Under the pieces are notes generated by a model. That model saw only the letters and a program-made list of their open reading frames with translations, was not told where the DNA came from and ran no database searches. A DNA stretch of 64,000 nucleotides from Octopus vulgaris (taxonomy: Eukaryota): positions 85,374,001-85,438,000 of the forward strand of contig OX597816.1 in NCBI GenBank assembly GCA_951406725.2. Direction: 5' to 3'. The position numbers and the translations under genes were made by a program. Of this stretch, positions 54,916-64,000 are shown one piece after another. Position 1 is the first letter of the stretch. Each line of letters opens with the position of its first letter.

Positions 54916-55819
54916 TAAAAGAGAGATTAGAGTCTGTCTCTTATATGTGAAAAAAGAGGCAGAGTTGTTTTGGATTTGCTTGGTTTCGCGCCTAAAATTT
55001 TGATTGGTCATTATGAAGGGGCCACGTGATTGTTTGAATGGAAGTTGGTGTTGGGGTAAGAAAAAGGCTCCAGAGAAGTTAAAATTTGGCTAGTGTCCCG
55101 CCTAAAATTTCTTTTTGGCCATAATAAAGAGGGTGAATGTTTAGAATTTTCGAAAATAGTGTTGTTGAAAATTCTTATTGTTCAGGCTGGTCAGTAGACG
55201 TCATGTGGATATTTTAAATAGCTTTTTAGCGCGTAGTTAGGGAGTGTATTTTCCGCTTGACTGATAAGTAAGTTCGTTTAGAACAGGGAGAGCTGTATGT
55301 ATGTATGTGTGTGTGCGCGCGCGCGTGTGTGTGTTTATATGTATGTTGGGGCGCGCGCGCGTGTATATATGTGTATGTGTGTGGGTACAATTTTCAATAT
55401 TTATAGTTCTGCTGGCCTTGTGCCTGTATCGGAAGCAACGTATTTGTGTGAAGTCAATATTTACACAAAAATAGTGTTGGATGTTTGCACCCGTATTCAA
55501 TTATGTGTATGTGTGGAACCATATATTTGTGTGTGTCATGGTGTTAATATCTGGGTAAAGGTGTGTGTAGGTGTGTGCAGGTGTAAGTGTGTTTGTTGTG
55601 GGTTCGTGTTAGGGGCATGTGTTTAGAAGTGGTCTGTATTTATTAATAAGGTGGGATTCCATGGTTATTCGCTGGGTATGAGTGGCATTGTCTTTAAATT
55701 TGTGGGGAAAGATTCTAAAATTGGGATGGAGTTGTGCGGCACAGGTATCAATATGTGCACTAAATGCTATTTTCTATATTCCTGTATTTTTATTTGGGAT
55801 CTGTGGACAGTCATGCTTG

Positions 55820-55877
<58 letters not shown>

Positions 55878-55886
55878 GTGTGCCTG

Positions 55887-56179
55887 AAGGCGCGTGGTTT
55901 ATCGGTTGGGATATTCGGCTCACGATCATGAGTTCAATTCCTGGCGACGCGTTGTATCCTGAACAAGACACTTTATATTAGGTTGCTCCAATCCCCTCAA
56001 TAGAACGTGTATTTTAAAGGGTCAGCCTTGTCACACTCTATGTCACGCTGAATCTCCTTGAGAACTACGTTAAGTGGACACGTTTCCATGGAGTGCTCAA
56101 CCACTTGCACGTAAATTTCATGAAAAGGCTATTCTGTTGATCGAGTCACCTGAACCCTCGTCATCATAATCGACGGAGT
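55887..56179 (+). mobile_element. Diverged SINE sharing its 3' body/tail with family B but with a different tRNA-like head
   Basis: ccttgtcacactct..gtcacgctgaat..ggagtgctca.ccactt..ccctcgtc.tc.taa.cgacggagt matches the reverse complement of 30205-30375. Confidence 0.8.
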
Positions 56180-56290
56180 ATATATATATATATATATATA
56201 TATATGTAGGTCCCGGGTTGAGCCGGGGTTAACCACAGTAAATAAGGTACTCAATACATAGCAGAGTAAATTAATTTATTTTATAGAAGG

Positions 56291-56341
56291 AGCTTCTACA
56301 GGACTAGAACTGTTTCATTCAAAAGAAATCATCAGGAAGCT
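56291..56341 (-). ncRNA. Type I hammerhead ribozyme, canonical core
   Basis: agcttc CTGATGA t-ttc-tttt-gaa-t GAAA cag-ttctagtc-ctg TA gaagct; GUA cleavage triplet. Confidence 0.88.
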
Positions 56342-56545
56342 AGGTGACAAGAATAGTTTTGGCATTTATACATTTAGGCAGGTTTAAAGGGGTGGTGGTG
56401 GGGGACTTTTGGGGTAGGCATGGCGCAAACTATCATCTTTAATAACAGAATGATAGTTTGCGCCATGCCTACCCCAAAAAGTCCCCCACCACCACCCCTT
56501 TAAACCTGCCTAAATGTATAAATGCCAAAACTATTCTTGTCACCT

Positions 56546-56596
56546 AGCTTACTGATGATTTCTTTTGAATGAAACAGTTCTAGTCCTGTAGAAGCT
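56546..56596 (+). ncRNA. Type I hammerhead ribozyme, inverted copy (stem I closing pair mutated)
   Basis: agctta CTGATGA tttcttttgaat GAAA cagttctagtcctg TA gaagct. Confidence 0.8.
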
Positions 56597-56606
56597 CCTT
56601 CTATAA

Positions 56607-56719
<113 letters not shown>

Positions 56720-56926
56720 GTGTGTGTGTGTGTGTGTCTGTGTGTGTGTGTATGTATATACTGTGTACACCTATACGCGTTGCACGGTCCCAGGTTTTTC
56801 GGCTCGAAATAATGTGCATATATAATTTTTTGGGCATTGTGCCGAGTGACATTGTTGTGTTTACTCACCACGTTATTTAATTTATATTTTTGTGATCGCA
56901 TATATGCTGTAGTGTGCGATTTTTTC

Positions 56927-57600
56927 ATGGACATCAGAAAAGTACCAACGTGAAATTCTGCATTAAACGTGGGAAGTCTGCTTCAGGGACATTAAGCATG
57001 CTTCGGCAAGCTTACGGTGACGATACAATTGGCCATAATTAATGTTTCAAGTGTCAGGGGCCCTTCAAAATCGGAAGAAAGTCCCTGGAAGACGATGAGC
57101 GGTCTGGAAGACGATGAGCGGTCTGGAAGACGATAAATGTTCCGGAAGATCTGCAATGTGAGTCATCCCCGGAAATGTGGTATTGTGCATCGAAAATTCG
57201 TTCCGGAAGGCCAGACCGTCAATCGAGAGTTCTACGATGACGTTTTGAATCGTTTGAAGAAGGAAATTCGGCGAAAGCGACCAGATCTACAGCGAAGAAT
57301 TGGTTTCTTCAAAGAGTTCTCCTCGCTGGTGAGTTCCCCGTCACGAACAAAATGGTATCCGTTCTGCACCATATTCATCACTTGCGAGCTTTCATCTTTT
57401 CCTCATTATGAAAATGCAGCTCAAACTCAAAGGTTGTTTTAAAACGTTGTCGGTATCCAGAGCCCCTCGCAGAATGTACTCGACTCGCTTACGGAAAACA
57501 GCTCTCAGTTTGGATTCTGAAGGCGACAGGAACGCTGAGACTGGTGTACTGCTGCACAAGGTGACTATTTCGGAAAAGATGTTATTAAAACTTAGTTATT
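56927..57600 (+). pseudogene. Internally deleted mariner transposase remnant
   Basis: NVKFCIKRGKSASGTLSMLRQAYGD..FKIGRKSLEDDERSGR joined to GIVHRKFVPEGQTVNREFY..LNRL..IRRKRPDL. A 19-bp tandem duplication lies near the junction. Confidence 0.88.
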
Positions 57601-57634
57601 AAACATCACTAGTCCAAAAACATTTCGTACCAAT

Positions 57635-57872
57635 ATGTCTAAGAAAAGGAACAAGACATCTTCCTCTCCACAATACCGGATGAACAGTCCCAGATGAGGA
57701 ACAGACGAGGGCAGCGGAATCAAACTTATACACCAAATGGGCCAACAGCTGGGACAAAGTCACATACAAGAATGGTAATGTGAAACACTCTAGACTGAGG
57801 AAATCAAAAAGACCACATTGGTGCACCAGCATGACTGCGTCTGCGTCGCTGAAACGAGTAAAAGTATAAAAG
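57635..57872 (+). mobile_element. CR1-type LINE extreme 3' end
   Basis: DIFLSTIPDE..RAAESN and tail ggtgcaccagcatgactgc...ctgaaacgagtaaaag. Confidence 0.65.
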
Positions 57873-58007
57873 ATATATATATATATATATATATATAATA
57901 CATTCAAATGAGATATGTGAAGAATTCAATCACTACTCTAATCTACAACAAAGCACTTTCAGAACACTTGAACATTTAACATCCTACTCTATCATACCAT
58001 TCCCGCA

Positions 58008-58190
58008 TTCTTCTTCTTCTTCTTCTTCTTCTTCTTCTTCTTCTTCTTCTTCTTCTTCTTCTTCTTCTTCTTCTTCTTCTTCTTCTTCCCCTCCTCCTCC
58101 TCCTCCTCCTCCGCTTTTCCTTCTTGTTCTTCTTCCTCCTCCTCCTCCTCTTTTTCTTCTTCCTCTTCTTCGTCTTCTTTTTTTTCTTCT
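58008..58190. repeat. (CTT)n/(CCT)n repeat
   Basis: Direct. Confidence 0.95.
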
Positions 58191-58340
58191 CCGCCAAGAA
58201 TTCACGACGAACTCGAACCCACAAGTGTAAACAAGAGAGACAGAGACAGGAAAATGCCCCTTGTCTTCGTATACAATGAAAATATTCTTCTAAAAGAACT
58301 TTTCATTTAATATTTCCAAGATTTAATTGTTTTCCATTCT

Positions 58341-58379
58341 TACAGTTGAAAAAGTCGCAATGACTGAAACCGGTGCTAA
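58341..58379 (+). ncRNA. Minimal hammerhead motif, U3-A8 core variant (decayed 3' side)
   Basis: tacag TTGAAAA agtc-gcaat-gact GAAA ccgg TG ctaa; position 17 is G and stem I is partly lost. Confidence 0.55.
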
Positions 58380-58819
58380 AATGTTTTTTTATGATAAAAT
58401 TTAGCACCTTCTAGCTTTTTTTGCTTATACATATATATTATATGTTTATTTTCATTTTATTACGCTTTATGTTATTAGCATAAAAATACACAATAAAAAT
58501 ATATACTTCTTAATTTTTCTTAGTCTGTTGATATAATCCAATCCATAAACATGTTAACTTTTTTTCTAATATACTTAAGCGCTGATGAGATTCTACTCAA
58601 TACAATTCAAAATGCTATTTATTCTTATCATTGGATTTATTCCAATTTCTGAATTATGCAGTTATTTATTAGACTTAAATGAAACGTTCGTAAACTTTAT
58701 TTGCCGTTATATTGACTTTTGTTTGGCAGTATGTAAATAAATTAATTTTACATTTTTATCAACTCTCCATTCCTCTTGTTTAATTACATACATACATACA
58801 TACACACATGTATATTTTG

Positions 58820-59240
58820 TTTTCTTTGTTGTTTCAGCTCAGAGCTGTGGCCATGCTCGGGTACCGCCGTTTTGTTGCACTGTTATTACTGAGAGCCTCC
58901 TCTAATATGCGGCACTTAGTGAAGAATGGAGATTGATGTAGCTATCCTCATTTGCACCTCTTGCCGTGAGGTAGTTCATCTGGGACTCTCGACAGGAAGA
59001 GGTCTAGCCTTGATTTAAAAATGCCTATATCAACTTTGTGGAGATTCGTCAGGCTCTTTGGGAGAATATTAAAAAGCAGTAGGCCCCTGAAACCCAGGCT
59101 GTTTCAGCGTGATGACATTGCTGGGATCTTTGGCCCTGTGCAGTGGCAATCCGTTCTGGCATTGGTGTAGCTTTCAATGCCGAAATTTAGCATAATTCCT
59201 TCGAAGATCTTCCAGATTTATATTACTGCATACCTCTCCT
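58820..59240 (-). mobile_element. CR1-type LINE 3' end (ORF2 C-terminus plus tail)
   Basis: WKIFEGI..NFGIESYTNART..C..PKIP..SLGFRG.LLFNILPKSL.NL....FKSRLDLFLSRVPDE, then tail ggcggtacccgagcatggccacagctctgagctgaaacaa. Confidence 0.85.
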
Positions 59241-62200
59241 GCCTTCGTTCCAGGGAGCAGATTCTTAGCTGTCTCAACCTTTTCCAGTAGCTGAGCTGTT
59301 GTAAAGAGGACCTGTAGCAGTAGTAGAAAAATTAGAGGAGGAAGATGAATTGAGTTTAATCGAAAAGTGGAAGAACTGAGAGGGAGCGGATAGCAAATTG
59401 TTACGTTTTTGGAGGACATTGTTTAGTTTTTTTTTAGGAAAATGTTCATTTCAAACAAGAAAAAAAAGCACATACCCGTCACTAAATGCTGATTACTTCG
59501 TGAAAGGTTGTTTCTAGTCATGGCTATCAAGAGTTTTCTGAATGAAATTCAAGTGAGCTTCGTATTCCTGTAGAAGTGTTTTTCTAAAATTTATTGTGGG
59601 ACTTTAGATGCAGGTCCAGAGATTTTGTTGAGTATGGAGATGTTATACAACAGGAATGAGTGTATTATAGTCTTTTATGATGCCATCTGAATTACTTCTG
59701 TGTATGAATCAAAGATGCTGTCTTCCTCATTCGTTTTAACAAATTTCTGAATTTTTGCCAAGACAAAAATGATAGGCTTGGTTATTTGTCTGGTTCTCTC
59801 TGGATGACTTTGCATAATTATTAGATATGATAATGCTGTTGACACTATGAGTTGTTTCGATGTCAAACACAATAACGCTTATATTCGTTCCGCTGCTTGT
59901 GTCCTACGTGTTAAAAGTGGGTAGAGATCAAGTTTGCATTTTATGTTTCTCATCTTGATAAATTACTAATGTAACACACTGGTCAGTTAATTTTTACCTC
60001 TTAAACTCTGTTGGTTGGTTATCGGACACGTAGAAATGTTTGAAAGAATATGTTGGTCTACTTACAGTGCCTATTATTCGAAACATAAATACCTGTTGAA
60101 CGTATGATTAGTAAAGGCTGAAAAACTCATATGCTACTGGGACCCTCGAAGAACAAATTGATGTGCATTAGAGCACGGAATGGATATACTAAAGAGAGAC
60201 ATTACATGCGTGCGCGCGAGCACATGCGCACACAACCCTCACACACACACGTGCTAACTCACTGACATATACACGCACTAACACATGTTAATGATATTGA
60301 TATAATTGTGTCGTATATTGCGATAGGTTAATCGATAAAATTGACCCCTGTACTTAACTGGTACTTTGATATAATACAAACCATTTATACATTAGCCAAA
60401 TAACCTGACAGCTTTATCGTTTTATTCAATGGCGTTTGCACACGTTCATACAAATACAGATGCATAATTTAAAGAGAGATGTTGAGAGACTTGCCAAAGT
60501 ATAGAGAGTTATAATCGTATTGACAGCAAAAAACCAATAGTTGTATTAAACATTAGAATATCCTGTGTATGTGATTTTTCTACTGTTATTCTTATTAAGA
60601 AACGAATTTTTAGCTGACAGCAGCAAGAAAAATTGATTTTACACCTTCAACCTGATGTATTAATTTTAAACATCCGAACATTGGCTGAAATATTAAATAT
60701 TAATATTTTATAGTGACAAATTACTTTCGATGTTAGCAAAATAACCTCATATTCGAGAATAGAAAAATGTTAGCCATATAAGAGTAGGTGATGAGAAAAT
60801 GATTTCTTTGTGTTCATGTTTAAATTCAAATTAAATCAATCGATGAAAAGTTTAGCTAATACAAAATGAAAAATGTTTGACGGTATTTTATTGTCAAAAG
60901 CTATAAAATATTTAACAATGACGATGCTCATTCTATCTTAGTTTAATAATGAATCGTAGAAGATAAGAATGACTAAATCTTCTGGGAGCCGAATCAGAAT
61001 TTAGAAGAAAAAAGACTTAAATAAATTACATCCATTGTATATTTGACAAAACCTGGGTGAAGTAGTATATTGTTCTGTATTATGCATTGAGATAGTTTGC
61101 ATTTATACTTAGTGATTGCAACGGCTCTCAGCTATCCACCACGGTAGCTGTGTCAAAATAAATGCCCTTCATGAAATATATAAATTACTTTACCATGTGA
61201 ATAAAAACTATAATCTAAAGTATTGCATAAAAGACAATGGCCACATCATTTCCTTCCATAATGTGTCGTTTTACGTGTTTAAATAAACCCAAGCTAAAAT
61301 TATTTGCAATTATTTTACTATTTATATTCTTGACTCAGCAGTAGTAAATTTCGATTAAGCTTCCTTCAAAAATAGTTCTGTTATAAATGTAAGTATCGCA
61401 GAATTTGATTATTTGAGTTGCTGCCATATCATAGTTATGAGGCCTAAATAGAAATAGTATTAGTTAGCGTATATACTGAATGCTAAACAGAAATGCGATA
61501 TGGAGTATATATATATATATCACCGACGTACATTTGGTATTAACTCTTGACATTAGCACTGGAAGCAATTTAATCTCCTCTAGACATGTATGAATTAGAA
61601 TATATGTAGAAGTGTTGCAAAGCAAGATTATTTGAAACAAAACCATACTAAATATTACAATACATTAGATTTATGCAAATGTGTGTTCGAAAGCCGTCAC
61701 ATTGATATTGCAAACGCATCAACCGAGAAATTACCGAGGACGCTATTTTTATATGATGTATATACTGCAATATTTTATACTGATTATTTTTAAAGTCTGT
61801 ACCACATATTATCAAAATTTTATGTGCCAACTGATTTTGAGCGGTTATGATAAACTTTATTATTGCCTATAGCTCAGTATATTTGCAAATACGATATTAA
61901 ACAACCCACTAAACTTATGGGTATTGACTCAATTCTCATATTTCAGTGAACGACTGAATGAATAACTAAACTATCTGTTCGAATTGTTCAAAGTTGTGTT
62001 GATAGTATATTTAATTGACATATTTGATTGTAATAAATTTATTATATCGTTGTATGAAACGCGTTTTGTACTTGACTGCCGAAACAGCATGAATGAGAAT
62101 TATAGGGAATCAAAATATACTAATTGAATACGGAATCTTGGTGTGCATGACTGTACTATTATTACCAATAAAGACATCTAACGTAAACAGAAAACCACGA

Positions 62201-62540
62201 TAACAATCAATTTAGAGTGCCAAAGGTCACGTAATTTGCCGAATGTTCGGTTGAGTTAAGAGCCCTATTGCTTTTATAGAACTAATTTCAAAACCCGGCA
62301 AAATTTGTTGTAAGACTTTACTCTTCAGGGAGTTGTGCTGCTGATGATTCTGCTACGATGAAGGTGCCTGCCGTTAGACCTTTCGGCATAATCCATTGGC
62401 AGAGGATAACTAGCTCAAGAGACTCATTTAAAGAGGTTGGCGAAGAGCTCATCTGAATATGTAATTGTAGCACCATTTCGTTGCTCTCAGCATCTTTCAG
62501 CGTATTCCTGTCTTGTTTTATTTAATTTAATTTTTATTTT

Positions 62541-62795
62541 TTACTTGCTTCACTTATTAGACTGCGGCCACGCTTGGGCACCACTATGAAGAATATTAGT
62601 CGAAGGAATCTGTTGCGGTATCTTCTTAACCCTGCTACATATTTTATTAGTCTGTTGGCCTAACTGTTAAGTTACGAGGGCACAAACACACGGATATCCG
62701 TTGTTAAGTGGTGGTGGAGAGCAAATTGCAGCAAAAAGACACTCAATCAGGAAAGGACACACTCACATACACGCACATATATGTGTGCGTGTCCA

Positions 62796-62887
<92 letters not shown>

Positions 62888-62995
62888 AAACATTTTCTTC
62901 TACCAAATTCTACTCACATGAGGCAATAGTAGAAGGTACCACACTGGAACTGAATCTGGAACCATGTGGGAAAAAAATTTCTTACCACAGAAGCA
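62541..62995 (-). mobile_element. Decayed SINE (family A)
   Basis: ttacttgcttca..gactgcggcca.gct..gcacc, aagttacg, ctaccaaattc.actcac, ggaaccatgtgg. Confidence 0.75.
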
Positions 62996-63431
62996 CAAGG
63001 TTTCCCGTCATTGCCCCTGGTGGTACAACCAATTTATGGATTTCCGCAATAGTCACCATCCCGAAATTTCCGGAACAAACATGACAAGCAACTTCGTTAT
63101 CCCTGTATACTGATTCCTTAAAAACCTGGCCGCATTTCTTCTAGAAATGAACTTCTTTATATTTCTAACGCGTAGTTTTCTCCGGCTTCTTACTCTAATT
63201 GTCCGATATAAAATATCAGACACCAAGTTTCCACCTATACTATTTCATGTTTAGTCAGAAATATCGAATCATCAAAGAGACGTGACTTACCAACGAATAC
63301 CCACACTCTTTCATCGTTCACGAATCTCTGCAATCTGCCTTCACTTAATGCATGGGCTTTTTGATGTTGCCCGTCAAAATGTATTTGCGTCACCAGGAAG
63401 CAAATTGCAATCTCACTAATTTTCTCAGATT

Positions 63432-63980
63432 TATTGGGTTGTCCGGAAAGTTCGTGCCGATTTATAGTAGCTTAACTTTCGACTAATTTTAGAACATGGT
63501 TGTGTCCATAAAATAGGATTTGACTACACCTCCATTTAGGGCTCAGTTTAAGCTATCTTTTTGTGGAAGAAGGTTTATGATCCTATAACCCGTGTTAATT
63601 CTGTAACCGTTTAAAATGTAAGATATGAAAGTTCATTTGCGGCACTTGATGCTATGGGAACCAGACAAGAATTGATGCAGCTCGGTCTTACCCCATCCTC
63701 CATATTCACCAGATATTGCTTCGGATTTCCACTTGTTCAGGTCTCTGCAGAATAGTCTTAATGGTAAAAATTTTAATTCCTTGGATGACGTAAAATGGAT
63801 GAATTCTTTGCCATAAAACGACAATTCTGGGAAGAGGGTATTTTCAGATTAAAGGAAAGATGGAGACGCATTGTGCAAGAAAATAGTTCATATTTGGTTG
63901 ATTAAAAATGTAATGGCAAGTATTTATTGACCTTTTTCGTTCTTTTAAAAATCGGCACGAACTTTCTGGACAACCTAATA
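63432..63980 (+). mobile_element. Non-autonomous, internally deleted mariner with both TIRs and TA TSDs
   Basis: ta-ttgggttgtccggaaagttcgtgccgattt ... aaatcggcacgaactttctggacaacctaa-ta; internal LPHPPYSPDIA-SDFHLFRSLQNSL. Confidence 0.93.
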
Positions 63981-64000
63981 TTTTGCTTCCTGTTACCGTC

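Noticed and set aside
57976-58224. Poly-Arg/poly-Glu ORFs
   Set aside because: (GAA)n microsatellite.
58577-58620. CTGATGA with a possible stem II
   Set aside because: GAAA is replaced by AAAA and stems I and III are unconvincing; at most a decayed motif.
62336-62375. CTGATGA...GAAG motif
   Set aside because: Core incomplete and stems too weak.

Overview
This is AT-rich, repeat-dense metazoan genomic DNA. The microsatellite load and SINE types suggest a cephalopod (Octopus-like) genome, which is an inference. No complete protein-coding gene is visible, and almost all ORFs in the track are microsatellite translations. One plausible host exon lies at about 52.3 kb. The window is a nest of mobile elements: tRNA-derived SINEs, CR1 and RTE LINE 3' ends, Tc1/mariner/maT remnants, a MITE, and many Penelope-like (PLE) ends, several with GIY-YIG endonuclease remnants. 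The main hidden signal is about 17 minimal type-I hammerhead ribozyme (HHR) motifs read by eye. They sit in PLE-type inverted repeats and short tandem units, mostly next to (TA)n tracts. Most have a 4-nt palindromic stem III, the dimer-type architecture. Their cores covary at the 3-8 tertiary pair: C-G, U.G, A-U and U-A all occur. A 358-bp non-coding tandem/inverted unit at about 43 kb has an HHR in one polarity and an HHR-like scaffold in the other. All RNA structures were parsed manually and none has been tested.
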